Of a stretch of 64,000 bases of DNA, positions 1 through 9,792 are shown in pieces. The stretch is taken from contig CBDCYI010000004.1 in NCBI GenBank assembly GCA_965224085.1, positions 1,600,001-1,664,000 of the forward strand, read 5' to 3'. Positions within the stretch are counted from its first letter, which is position 1; each line of letters begins with the position of its first letter. A program made the position numbers and the translations under genes. A model generated the notes under the pieces. It was given only the letters and a program-made list of their open reading frames with translations, searched no databases and was not told the origin of the DNA. Origin of the DNA: Candidatus Marinacidobacterales bacterium. GTDB taxonomy: Bacteria; Acidobacteriota; Vicinamibacteria; Marinacidobacterales; SMYC01.

Positions 1-1791
1 CCGGTCGATTACGTGCTTCCAACCGGCAAGACGCGCCAGGCTCCACACGAGCCATACGGCGCCCTGGAGAGCGAAGGCGGCCGCGCCGATGCCGACGAGC
101 CATTTCGCGACCAAGTAAATCGCCGGGTCTTGGCTCTCGAGCAGCATGGCGGCCATGATGATGAGCATCCCGAGAAACGCGAAGAGAACGAAAACCAACA
201 CAAGCGCCCAGTTCCGGAAGAAATAGCCTGTGGTGCCTTCGTCGGGCGCGGGCTCCAGAAGCCAGCCGAGAAGCTTCCGGTAGCGGCTGAGAAACTTGCC
301 TTCGCTTTTGCCCTTGGTCTTGGGAGGCACCGTCATGAAGTAGGCGCAAAGCGTCGGATTGAAGACGAGCGCCACGAGAAGCGAGGCGGAAAGAGCGATG
401 ATGAGTGTAACGGGCAGGTAGGACATGAAGTTGCCCACCATGCCGGGCCAGATCAGCATCGGAGCGAAGGCACAAAGTGTTGTAATTGTGGAGGCGATGA
501 CCGGCTTCGCGACTTCCCGCGTACCCACGGAAGCTGCGTTGATCCCGTCTTCTCCCATTTCGCGATGGCGGTAGATGTTCTCGACGATCACGACCGCATT
601 GTCGACGAGCATCCCGAGCACGAGGATCAAGCTGAAGAGCACGATCATGTTGAGCGTGTAGCCCATCCATTGAATGCCGACGAACGAGATCAGCATCGAG
701 AGCGGGATGGCGATGGCGACGAAGACCGAGTTCCGGAAGCCGAGGAATGCCATGAGGACGGCGACGACGAGGATCAACCCCGAGAGAATGTTGTTCTCGA
801 GCTCGTTCACCATCTCGCGGATCTGTTGGGACTGGTCGCCGAGAATGGTGACGGCCGTGCCCTCGGGCAGAGAGGCTTGCTGGCGCGCGAGCTCCGCTTT
901 CACGGAATCCGCGACCGCGATGAGGTTCGCCCCGGTGCGCTTCTCGACGGTGAGCGTGACCGACGGATTCTGGTCGACGCGTGAAAGCGTCGCTTCTTCT
1001 TCGAAGCCGTACTCGACATAGGCAACGTCGCGAACATAGATCGGCTCGCCATCGCGCACTTCGATCACGAAGTCTTCGATCTCCATCGGGTCGTCGATCT
1101 CCGCCGGCAAGCGAACGAGATATTTGAGCCGGCCGACCTCGATTTCGCCCCCTGGGATGTTCAAGTTCTCACGAGCGACGGACACGACGAGATCGGACAA
1201 ACTGACCTCGTAGAAAGACAAGCGCCTCGGGTCGACATAGACGTGAACCTCCCGCGTCTTGCCCCCGATGATCTGCACGCGATTGACGCCTGGGAGCGCT
1301 TCGAGGTCGTCTTTGAGATCTTTCGCAATATCCGTCAACCGCACGAGGCCTACTTCGCCCGCCATGCTTGCGACGAGAATCGGGATCTGTGAAATGTCCA
1401 CGTCCTGGATGCGTGGATCGTCCACCTCCGGCGGCAAATCGGCTTTGGCGAGGTCGACTTTCTCGCGCACTTTCTGAATTGCGGTGTCGAGATCCACCTC
1501 GGGATTGAACTCCACCTGAATCGACGAAAGGCTTTCGGAGCTCGTGGAACGGATTTCTTTGATGCCCGAGATCCCTTTGAGCTCCGTCTCGATGGGGCGC
1601 GTGATGAGTGTCTCCATGTCCGCGGGAGCCACCCCCGCATAGACCGTGTACACGATGATGAGTGGGATCTTGACCTCGGGAAAGGATTCCCGCGGCATCG
1701 AAACGTATGTGCTCGCGCCGACGATGACGATGAGGCCGATGAGCACATAGATCGTCAAGCGATGACGAATGCTGTATTCCGTTAAGTTCAC
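1..1791 (-). CDS. RND efflux permease, AcrB/AcrD/AcrF family (runs off the window)
   Basis: Manual translation from GTG at 1791: MNLTEYSIRHRLTIYVLIGLIV..MPRESFPEVKIP, later LGMLVDNAVVIVENIYRH. Absent from the ORF track because there is no stop in the window. Confidence 0.93.
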   Translation of the reverse strand, partial: MNLTEYSIRHRLTIYVLIGLIVIVGASTYVSMPRESFPEVKIPLIIVYTVYAGVAPADMETLITRPIETELKGISGIKEIRSTSSESLSSIQVEFNPEVDLDTAIQKVREKVDLAKADLPPEVDDPRIQDVDISQIPILVASMAGEVGLVRLTDIAKDLKDDLEALPGVNRVQIIGGKTREVHVYVDPRRLSFYEVSLSDLVVSVARENLNIPGGEIEVGRLKYLVRLPAEIDDPMEIEDFVIEVRDGEPIYVRDVAYVEYGFEEEATLSRVDQNPSVTLTVEKRTGANLIAVADSVKAELARQQASLPEGTAVTILGDQSQQIREMVNELENNILSGLILVVAVLMAFLGFRNSVFVAIAIPLSMLISFVGIQWMGYTLNMIVLFSLILVLGMLVDNAVVIVENIYRHREMGEDGINAASVGTREVAKPVIASTITTLCAFAPMLIWPGMVGNFMSYLPVTLIIALSASLLVALVFNPTLCAYFMTVPPKTKGKSEGKFLSRYRKLLGWLLEPAPDEGTTGYFFRNWALVLVFVLFAFLGMLIIMAAMLLESQDPAIYLVAKWLVGIGAAAFALQGAVWLVWSLARLAGWKHVIDR

Positions 1792-1806
1792 GTGTGCACC
1801 ATGCTT

Positions 1807-2870
1807 TTAGAGATTGTCGGCAACGGATCGAACGCGCTGGCCGTCGACGAGATTGCGCTGGCCCGTGACGATGAGTTCGTCACCGGGCTCGAGGCCCTCG
1901 AGAACGACAGTCTCGCCTTTCTCGCTCGGCCCTGTCTTGACGTTTCGGAGCTCCGCCTTGTCTTCTTTGAGGACAAAAGCGACGTTGCCGCTATCCCGTT
2001 CGAGAATCGCGTCCCGTGGAATCACGATGACCTCTTCGTAGATCTGCTTCACGAGACGGACGCGCACGATCATCCCGGGCCGGAGCTCACCGTCGCGATT
2101 GTCGATCTTTACCTCGGCGGGGAACGAGCGGTTCTTGGCAGTCGCGGCCGGGCTCAAGAAATGTATCGTGCTTTTGAACTTGCGCTCGGGATAAGCGTCA
2201 GCTTCGACGTCGGCCTCGGCTCCGACCTTGAAGTAAGAGATGTCGTCTTCGGGGATGCCGACCACGCCTTTGAGCTTCGAGAGCTGGTGTATCGTCGTTA
2301 CGAGCGAGCCCGCGGGCACGACTTCACCCATTTCAATCTCGCGCCCGATCGCGACACCGAAGAGGGGAGCACGAATGATCGACCGCTGCACCGAAGCTTG
2401 GCTTGCTTCACCCTCGCCTCGGCCCGGCGATAGTTGGACGTCGCGGAAGTCAGATTCTGCCGGGGCACCGCTTGGCGGCTGAACAGCTCGGTCGTCTTAT
2501 TGAACTCCGACTCCGCGTGCTGAAGCTCGGCCTCGACCTCGGCGAGCGCCGCTTCGAGCAGATCCGTGCCGATACGCGCCAGGACTTGACCTTTTCTGAC
2601 GGCGCGGCCTTTGTCGAAACCGATCTCCTGCACTGTTCCGCCGAGCTCAGTTGAGACTTGGACCTCGACCCATGGCTCGAGCCTTCCCGCGAGCTGAACT
2701 TCGTCACGAAGTGTCGCTGGCTTTAGCTTCGACACGGAGACGTTCACGGGAGGCGGCTCGGGGTTTCTGTTCGTTTCAGCTTCCACTTGCGCTTGTGTGC
2801 TACAGCCCAACATGAGGGCCGCAGCAGCGAGCGCGACGAGAAGCAGTCCTATCGATATTAGCCGGCTCAA
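1807..2870 (-). CDS. RND periplasmic adaptor (MFP), frameshifted near 2391
   Basis: ORF 2298-2870 (lipoprotein signal LGC, lipoyl/hairpin region) and ORF 1807-2391 (IRAP..LRPGM..IPRDAI) are the two halves. One extra G joins them. Confidence 0.88.
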
Positions 2871-4342
2871 GGTTCCTCTCCTTCTTCATCAGTGTTGTCG
2901 GCATCGGCGTCGCCTGCGCCCAGCAGAGAGCGCGACACTGCAATCACCGAGTGTGGTGCGTCGGCACGGTAGCCAACGAGAAATTTCATTTCAGCCAAGG
3001 CCACGAGGGCGTCATGGGCCGCTGTTGTCTGGTTGAGCTCCGCTTGACGGAGCGAGGCGGTCGACTGGAGCACATCGAGCGACGTCGCCGCGCCCCACTT
3101 GAGCGACTCCTCGGAAACGCGCTCCGCCTCACGAGCCTGCTCGACGGTGAGCCTCGTGACCTCGAGTGACTCGAGCGACCGAATCCAAGTGCCGCCTGCG
3201 CGCTTCAAGTTGACCGAGAGCTCGTTTTTGAACGCGTGCTCGTCATGTTCATTCTGCGTCATCTGCGAGCGGAGGGCTCCGACCTGCGAATGGACGCGGT
3301 GGCCGTCGAAGATCTTCCAATCGAACGTAACGCCCACGTTCCACGTGTGCAGCGCGAGGTCACTGACGTTTGATGCACCGAACGTGTTGACACCGAAGCC
3401 GGCATTCGCCGAGATTTGCGGCAAGAGATCGGACTTCGTCACGCCGACGCGCGCGTTGAGGACTTTCCGGTCCACCGCGTAGCGTCGGAGCTCGGGGCGA
3501 TGCTGGCCTGCGAGCTCGAGGAGCGCGCCCGTCCTCATGATTCTGGGAGCGGGGTCTTCGATACCAAGCTCCGCGACGACCTCGATGGGCGCGTCGATCG
3601 GCCGACCGAGCGTGGTGTTTACCGACGCGAGGGCGACTTGTAGATTGTTGTCGGCTACGAGGATCTCGGGCTGCAAATTTGCGAGCGCGACACGAGCGCG
3701 CAGAACATCGAGCTTGGTCGCGTCCTCGAGCTCGAACCGCGTTTGCACTTGATCGAGCTGGCGCTGGCGAGCATTTCTTTCCGTCTCGAGCACCCGCAAA
3801 TTGCTCTGCGCGAGGAGGAACGCGTAGGCGGCGCGGACCGTGTCGAGCGCGACCTGGTTCTCCAAACCCTGGACGTCGAGGTTGACGCCGCCGCGCTCCT
3901 CGCGCGCTGCCGCCATCGCGTTCGAAACGCGACCGAATGTGTAGATTGGCTGCCGCGCTTCGATGTTCCAGACGTAGTTCGAAAAGAAGAACGAGTCGAA
4001 CGCACCCGGCGGGAAATCGCCGGGATCGATCGTTTTGAAGAACGGACTATTGCTGTTGCGTAAACCCGGGTCGCGCGTCTTGCGCCAGCTCAAGAAGGCG
4101 GTGACCTCCGGAAGCGCTTCGGCGCGCGCCTCGCGCACGAGCTGACCAAACTCCTCGGTCTTTTCACGCACGCTCAGCACTTGCGGGTTGACGGCAAGCG
4201 CTAGCTCGACGGCCTCGATGAGCGTGAACGTCAAGACGTCTTGGGCAGCCTCTTCGTCCGCCACCGATGGCGATGTGAGCGCAAGGCAGACGAGTATCAA
4301 AGATGTATATCGAGAGCGTGACCTTCGTCTTGTCGCTTTCAT
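2867..4342 (-). CDS. TolC family outer membrane efflux protein
   Basis: Signal peptide, two OEP-like repeats, overlaps the MFP start. Confidence 0.9.
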   Translation of the reverse strand: MKATRRRSRSRYTSLILVCLALTSPSVADEEAAQDVLTFTLIEAVELALAVNPQVLSVREKTEEFGQLVREARAEALPEVTAFLSWRKTRDPGLRNSNSPFFKTIDPGDFPPGAFDSFFFSNYVWNIEARQPIYTFGRVSNAMAAAREERGGVNLDVQGLENQVALDTVRAAYAFLLAQSNLRVLETERNARQRQLDQVQTRFELEDATKLDVLRARVALANLQPEILVADNNLQVALASVNTTLGRPIDAPIEVVAELGIEDPAPRIMRTGALLELAGQHRPELRRYAVDRKVLNARVGVTKSDLLPQISANAGFGVNTFGASNVSDLALHTWNVGVTFDWKIFDGHRVHSQVGALRSQMTQNEHDEHAFKNELSVNLKRAGGTWIRSLESLEVTRLTVEQAREAERVSEESLKWGAATSLDVLQSTASLRQAELNQTTAAHDALVALAEMKFLVGYRADAPHSVIAVSRSLLGAGDADADNTDEEGEEP

Positions 4343-4365
4343 GGGATCCTCGGAGTACCTAACTA

Positions 4366-6049
4366 GTACCCGTCCTGACAGGTGTAAGAGGTTGAGAAAA
4401 AAGGGGTAATCGCAAATTTAGGGCTAGCCTTCTGAGGGAGTGTCGTTTAGTATCGAGTCGACAAAAACGCAGATTCTAAACGACTTAACTCCAAAGGAGA
4501 CCAGCCCTAAATGCGAAAAACGATCAACCCACAACCAAGCCTTCGCGAGCCCTGGCTGGAGCTGGAGCACGCACGCGAACTCGAAACGATATCATCGCTG
4601 CTCGATGCCCATCCTAAGCTCAATGAGCTGGTACTGCAAGACCTGAGGTCGGTCACCCCATCGGCAGGGAGCGATGTTGGTCGTGGGGGAATGAGCGCGG
4701 AGCAGGTTCTCCGGGCGTTGTTGGTCAAGCAGCTGAATCAGTTCACCTATCGGGAGTTGGCGTTTCACTTGGCAGACTCTCGAAGCTATCGGACGTTTTG
4801 CCAGCTCGGCATCATAGAGCCGAGCCCGTCGAAGTCGACCCTAGCAGCAAACATCAAAGCCGTGAAGTTCGAAACGCTGGAGAAAATCAACCGAGAGTTG
4901 GTGAGTGTTGCCGAGAAGACCGCGATCGAAAAAGGAAGAAAAGTACGAGTGGACTGCACGGTAGTGGAGTCGAATATTCATTCTCCTACGGACTCCGAGC
5001 TTCTTTATGACTGCGTCCGAGTTCTCACTCGCCTCATGTGCCGAACTCGCGAACTGCTGGGTACAGTAGTGGTCTTCGGCAATCGAACGCGTCGAGCGAA
5101 GAGACGTCGACTGGGAGTTCTAAACGCGAAGGATAAGGAACAAAGGCGTCGCGTCTATCGAGATCTACTGAAGGTGTCGGAAGAAACCTATCGCTCCGCT
5201 CAACGCGTTGCAGACCAGTTGGACGAGTCCGGCTTGACCGAGCCGGTGAAGCGAGCGAGTGCGGAGAAGATCGCCGCGGATTTTAAGCACTTTCTCGTCC
5301 TCACCGAAAAAGTCATCAACCAAACTCGGCGTAGAGTGATTGATGAAGAGCGTGTGCCTGCGGAGGAAAAGGTCGTTTCGATCTTCGAAGAACACACCGA
5401 CATTATTCGCAAAGACCGGCGCGAGACTCTCTACGGTCACAAGGTGTGTTTGACTGGTGGCTCGTCCTCGATGATTTTGGATTGCGTGATCTTGGATGGG
5501 AATCCGTCCGATTCAACTCTCGCGGAAACCATGATCGACCGTCAAGTCGAACTCTACGAACGGGCCCCGCGCCAGGTTGCCTACGATGGCGCGTTTTCTT
5601 CAAAGGCAAACTTGGAAGCCATCAAAGGCAAGGGAGTTGAAGATGTTGCCTTTACCAAGGCTCACTTCGCGGTGACCGATATGGTCAAGAGTTCCTGGGT
5701 CTATCAACGCCTACGGCGATTTCGCTGCGGAATCGAAGGCGTCATTTCGTTCTTGAAACGAGTCTTTGGTCTCGACCGATGCACATGGCGCTCATTGCCT
5801 TCTTTCAAATCCTACGTATGGAGTTCCATCATCACCTGCAACCTGTTGGTAATGGCAAGGAACCTATTACGATAATAATGATTGCTCTTACTGCGTTTAT
5901 AGCCATGGATTGCTGACGATTCGCCTCTCGTTTCGTCCAAGATTTTCATTCGCTTCCGAGCCTACGAGGTGCCGACTGAAAACGTATAATACCCACATCT
6001 TCGATAGGCCTCTCGTACACCACAAGTTATGGTGTTTCTGGACAGGAAC
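4366..6049 (+). mobile_element. ISNCY (IS5-like) insertion sequence
   Basis: Imperfect IRs GTACCCGTCCTGACA (4366-4380) and TTTCTGGACAGGAAC (6035-6049). TAACTA is duplicated at 4360-4365 and 6050-6055. GC is lower than the flanks. Confidence 0.9.
4511..5875 (+). CDS. ISNCY family DDE transposase
   Basis: 454 aa with motifs RVDCTVVESNIHSPTDS, YDGAF and GIEGVISFLKR. Confidence 0.9.
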   Translation: MRKTINPQPSLREPWLELEHARELETISSLLDAHPKLNELVLQDLRSVTPSAGSDVGRGGMSAEQVLRALLVKQLNQFTYRELAFHLADSRSYRTFCQLGIIEPSPSKSTLAANIKAVKFETLEKINRELVSVAEKTAIEKGRKVRVDCTVVESNIHSPTDSELLYDCVRVLTRLMCRTRELLGTVVVFGNRTRRAKRRRLGVLNAKDKEQRRRVYRDLLKVSEETYRSAQRVADQLDESGLTEPVKRASAEKIAADFKHFLVLTEKVINQTRRRVIDEERVPAEEKVVSIFEEHTDIIRKDRRETLYGHKVCLTGGSSSMILDCVILDGNPSDSTLAETMIDRQVELYERAPRQVAYDGAFSSKANLEAIKGKGVEDVAFTKAHFAVTDMVKSSWVYQRLRRFRCGIEGVISFLKRVFGLDRCTWRSLPSFKSYVWSSIITCNLLVMARNLLR

Positions 6050-6753
6050 TAACTAGGTTTTTTGAACGCGGGTACGTCACCGGCGCCGAAAAAGAAATGC
6101 TCAAGGGCCACGTCGAGCGACATAGCACTGACGCGGCGTTCGAGAGCCTCACGGCGTTCGGGGTACCGTTCGGCCAAACGGTCGACTTTGAAGCGGCAGC
6201 TCACATGGGCGTGGATCAAGTTGCCGAGCTGCTCGACAAGAAAGCTCGGGGTGACGCCGGGACGCGGCACGAACTCCCCCGAATCGATGCCGCGCTCGAA
6301 GACGCTCTGGATCCTTTGGCGCGTACCCCCGTAGAGGGACTCGAGATCTGGCGTCGGCTGGCCCTCCTGGGGTCCGTAGAGCATGCTAAACATGAACTCG
6401 ACCGCTGCAGGAGAGCGCTGGACGAGCCCGATATGGGCTTGAACGATCGATACAATGGATTCGTAAAACGGCCGGGGCGTTTCGAGAGCGCGGGCAACCT
6501 CCGATTCGAGGCTCGTCATCACGATCTCCGCGACTTTCAGGTGGAGGTTTTCCTTACTCTTGAAGTAGTAGCTGACGAGAGGTGCCGTGACGTTCACCTC
6601 GGCAGCAATGCCTCGAAGGGTCGTGGCCGCATAACCGCGGCGCCCAAAGCACCGCATAGCATGCTTCAAGATGAGCCGCTCGATGGCCGAGTGCTCCTCC
6701 GATTCCCCAGGCTGGGTGGCTTCGATCTCATGCAGTAAATTTAATGTCGTCAA
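6049..6753 (-). CDS. TetR/AcrR family transcriptional regulator
   Basis: HTH FGRRGYAATTLRGIAAEVNVTAPLVSYYFKSKENL. Confidence 0.92.
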   Translation of the reverse strand: MTTLNLLHEIEATQPGESEEHSAIERLILKHAMRCFGRRGYAATTLRGIAAEVNVTAPLVSYYFKSKENLHLKVAEIVMTSLESEVARALETPRPFYESIVSIVQAHIGLVQRSPAAVEFMFSMLYGPQEGQPTPDLESLYGGTRQRIQSVFERGIDSGEFVPRPGVTPSFLVEQLGNLIHAHVSCRFKVDRLAERYPERREALERRVSAMSLDVALEHFFFGAGDVPAFKKPS

Positions 6754-6781
6754 TGCTTTACCGTCTCCACATCAAGAGAAA

Positions 6782-6817
6782 TTAAACGATCGTTAATTCA
6801 GTTTAACGCTCGTTTAA
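6782..6817. promoter_or_regulatory. Putative double TetR operator
   Basis: TTAAACGATCGTTAA-N6-TTAACGCTCGTTTAA is a 14/15 inverted repeat upstream of tetR, and each half is itself near-palindromic. Confidence 0.65.
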
Positions 6818-6912
6818 AAAGTGTGCAAAACTTTCGGTCTCGTCTCGACGAAGCCAAAGTGAACAGCGTGGGCGAAGTCGGATACACTCTGCGACTCGAG
6901 GTGGATGGACAG

Positions 6913-8532
6913 ATGCGTTCACGAATAGGCTCCTTGCTGCTTTTCGCACTCACTCTAGTCACGGCCGGTCCGTCGGCGGGAGAGTCGGCCATACGTTTCC
7001 GGCTCTCATATCCGAAGGAGGTCCATGCGGGGCCGATCACCGGGAGAGCCTTCGTCATGATTTCGCGCACGAACGAGAAAGAGCCCCGGCTTCAAGTCGG
7101 CCGCACCGGCGTGCCGTTTTTCGGGCGGGACTTCGGCAACGTTTTACCCGCTGAAGTAATCGAGCTCGACGAAAGCGATCTAGGCAGCCCCGTAGGCTCC
7201 CTCTCCGAGATCCCGCCCGGCGACTATTTCGTGCAAGGCTTCATCAACGTTTATTCCGAGTTCCCGCGCGCCGACGGTCACACGGTATGGATGCATGACG
7301 ACCAATGGGAAGGCCAGCGCTTTTGGATCTCTTCCGGAAACCTGCATAGCGTGCCGGTGCGGCTCACGCTCGACGCCGAAGCCGGCTACGATCACGAGCT
7401 CGTCCTCGACCAAATCATCCCGGAGGTCGAGCTCCCGCCGGACACCGATTGGGTTAAACGCTTTCGTTTCGAGAGCGAGATCTTGACGAAGTTCTGGGGA
7501 AGGCCGATCCATCTCGGCGCCACCGTGCTTCTGCCGCGCGACTACGAGCGCGAACGCATCGACTACCCCGTCGTCTACTACCAGGGGCACTTCTCCATCG
7601 AAGATCCGATGCGATGGAAGGAGGGCGAGGACTTCAATCGCGCGTGGAACCGCGACCACTTCCCACGCATGATCGTGGTGACATTTCAGGATCCCACCCC
7701 TTATTTCGACACGTCGTACTCCGTGAACTCGGTCAATGTCGGGCCCTATGGCGACGCGATCCTCGAAGAGCTCATCCCGGAGATCGAGCGTCGATTTCGC
7801 GTCATCGACGAGCCGTATGCGCGGATTCTGACGGGTGGCTCGACGGGGGGTTGGGAAGCGCTCGCGATGCAGATCTTTCATCCCGACTTCTTCGGCGGGA
7901 CCTTCGCCTATGCGCCCGACCCGGTGACCTTCACCAATGTCGAGGGCATCAATATTTATGAAGACGTCAATGCCTTCTACAAGCAGCACGAGTGGCGCCG
8001 AGTGTCGATCGCCAATACGCGCGAGACCAATGGTGAGATTCGCCTGACGTCCAAACAACGGAACACCTTCGAGCTCGTCTCGGGCACGAAAGGCCGCTCT
8101 GGTCAGCAGCTCGACATCTGGTCCGCTGTTTTCGGGCCGCTCGGTGACGACGGATTTTTCAAGCCGCTCTTCGACAAGCGCTCGGGGAAAATCGATCCGG
8201 AGGTCGCACAATATTGGCTGGAGAACTACGACTTACTTCACCACCTGAAGAACAACTGGGCGAGCCTCGGCCCGAAGCTCTTCGGAAAGGTGCACGTCTA
8301 TTGCGGCGATATGGATAACTACTATTTGAACGTCGCGGTGAAAGCGCTCCAGGACTGGATGCGGCAGACGGAGAACCCGCACTACCCAGGGATCTTCGTT
8401 TGGGGTGACGGTGCCGGACACCGCTTCGGACGCGAGTTCAGCACCGAGGCAGAGCGCATCCGCCGTATGGCGGAGCACGTAATCTCGAAGCGCCCGGACG
8501 GCGCCCCGCACCCTTGGTGGTCGTTTGAGTAG
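6913..8532 (+). CDS. Secreted alpha/beta-hydrolase (putative esterase)
   Basis: Signal peptide from ATG 6913; nucleophile elbow GGSTGG. Confidence 0.8.
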   Translation: MRSRIGSLLLFALTLVTAGPSAGESAIRFRLSYPKEVHAGPITGRAFVMISRTNEKEPRLQVGRTGVPFFGRDFGNVLPAEVIELDESDLGSPVGSLSEIPPGDYFVQGFINVYSEFPRADGHTVWMHDDQWEGQRFWISSGNLHSVPVRLTLDAEAGYDHELVLDQIIPEVELPPDTDWVKRFRFESEILTKFWGRPIHLGATVLLPRDYERERIDYPVVYYQGHFSIEDPMRWKEGEDFNRAWNRDHFPRMIVVTFQDPTPYFDTSYSVNSVNVGPYGDAILEELIPEIERRFRVIDEPYARILTGGSTGGWEALAMQIFHPDFFGGTFAYAPDPVTFTNVEGINIYEDVNAFYKQHEWRRVSIANTRETNGEIRLTSKQRNTFELVSGTKGRSGQQLDIWSAVFGPLGDDGFFKPLFDKRSGKIDPEVAQYWLENYDLLHHLKNNWASLGPKLFGKVHVYCGDMDNYYLNVAVKALQDWMRQTENPHYPGIFVWGDGAGHRFGREFSTEAERIRRMAEHVISKRPDGAPHPWWSFE

Positions 8533-8562
8533 GGCTCGAGCGCCTGCGTTAGAATATCCGCG

Positions 8563-9651
8563 ATGAGCCAAGACCCTACGTTCCGAATCGTCGGCAGCGC
8601 CCCGTCCGCCCGCAGCGTGCGTTACGAGGCCTATCGGCGCGAGTGGGACCGTCGCGGCGAAGAGCTCGACGGCGCGGATCACCCGGTCCACGTCGACCTC
8701 GAATCTGTCGCCGTTTGCGATCTGCGCTGCGGAAGCTCCGAAGAGGATCCTCAGGGCTTTTGCCAGATCTGGACCCACGAGCACATCCGCAAGCTCGGGT
8801 TCGACGAGCACACGTATCAGAGAGGCTACATGGACCCCAAGCTGTATACGGCGTTGTTGCGGCAATGCGCCGAGATGGGGGCAAGCTCCGTCAAGCTCAA
8901 CTATCGTGGCGAGCCGTCGCTTCATCCCGAAATCGTGTCTTTCGTCCGCCAGGCCGCGGCGCTCGGCTTTCCGGACATCATGATGAACACGAACGGGAAT
9001 GGCGGCGCGCGGACGCGTCCCGAGCTCTTTGCCGAGCTCGTAGAAGCTGGCATCACGGATCTCATGTTCTCGGTCGACGCCGCGGACGAAGTGTCTTACG
9101 ACAAACAGCGCGTGGGCGGCGATTGGAAGATCTTGCTCCACTCCGTCCGGAGCGCTGTCGAAGCGCGCGCTCACGGCGGAGGCACGACGGATTGCCGAAT
9201 CCGTGCGTCGGTCGTGCGAACGTTCCTGAATGCCGCCGATGTCGATAGCGGCCGCATGGAAGCGTTTTGGCGAGACGAGATGGGCGTCGACTGGATGTCC
9301 ATCAGCGAGTGCTACTTTCCTGCCGGCGCGACCCACCAGTGGAAAGCCGCCGAGTGGCAGTCGCTGAGCGCGGCCGAGTTCCAGTGCCCCGATCCGTTCC
9401 GCCGCATGGTGGTCACGTGGGACGGCAAGCATACGATGCCGTGCTGCCAAGGGTTCACGCTCGAGATCGACGGCGGCCCTGTGACAGGGGTTGCGCAAAC
9501 CATCCAGGAAGCGTGGATGAGCGAGAACTTCGACCGGTTGCGCAGAGCCCATCGTGATCGCACTTGGGATCGGGGGAGGCAAAAAGGCGAGCCCATCTGC
9601 GTCAACTGCGCCGTCACCAAGAAGCCGACACCCATCGCCATCTCGGTGTAA
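8563..9651 (+). CDS. Radical SAM protein with SPASM/twitch-like domain
   Basis: CDLRC..FC, RGEPSLHP and NTNG motifs; C-terminal CPDPF..PCC..CVNC. Confidence 0.88.
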   Translation: MSQDPTFRIVGSAPSARSVRYEAYRREWDRRGEELDGADHPVHVDLESVAVCDLRCGSSEEDPQGFCQIWTHEHIRKLGFDEHTYQRGYMDPKLYTALLRQCAEMGASSVKLNYRGEPSLHPEIVSFVRQAAALGFPDIMMNTNGNGGARTRPELFAELVEAGITDLMFSVDAADEVSYDKQRVGGDWKILLHSVRSAVEARAHGGGTTDCRIRASVVRTFLNAADVDSGRMEAFWRDEMGVDWMSISECYFPAGATHQWKAAEWQSLSAAEFQCPDPFRRMVVTWDGKHTMPCCQGFTLEIDGGPVTGVAQTIQEAWMSENFDRLRRAHRDRTWDRGRQKGEPICVNCAVTKKPTPIAISV

Positions 9652-9792
9652 GCAGAGTGCCGGAAAAATTGGCTGGACCCTGCCTCGAAGAGCGAGGGAG
9701 CATTAAGCACCGTAAATGACGGCGGCTCTAGGCTGCCTAGTCCTAAAGGTTGGGGTTCCACAGCCGTTTCGATCTGCTAGGATCGAACCTAC

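Noticed and set aside
2385-2395. Programmed frameshifting in the MFP or flavodoxin genes
   Set aside because: No slippery heptamer or stimulatory structure; indel error or mutation is simpler.
13-2433. Long plus-strand ORFs 13-984 and 1792-2433
   Set aside because: Antisense shadows of the RND and MFP genes, common in high-GC DNA. The same applies to 7180-8211, 13363-14499, 25556-26644 and 52920-54296.
4380-4510. Outward-facing IS promoter driving tolC
   Set aside because: No convincing -35/-10 pair with correct spacing could be found.
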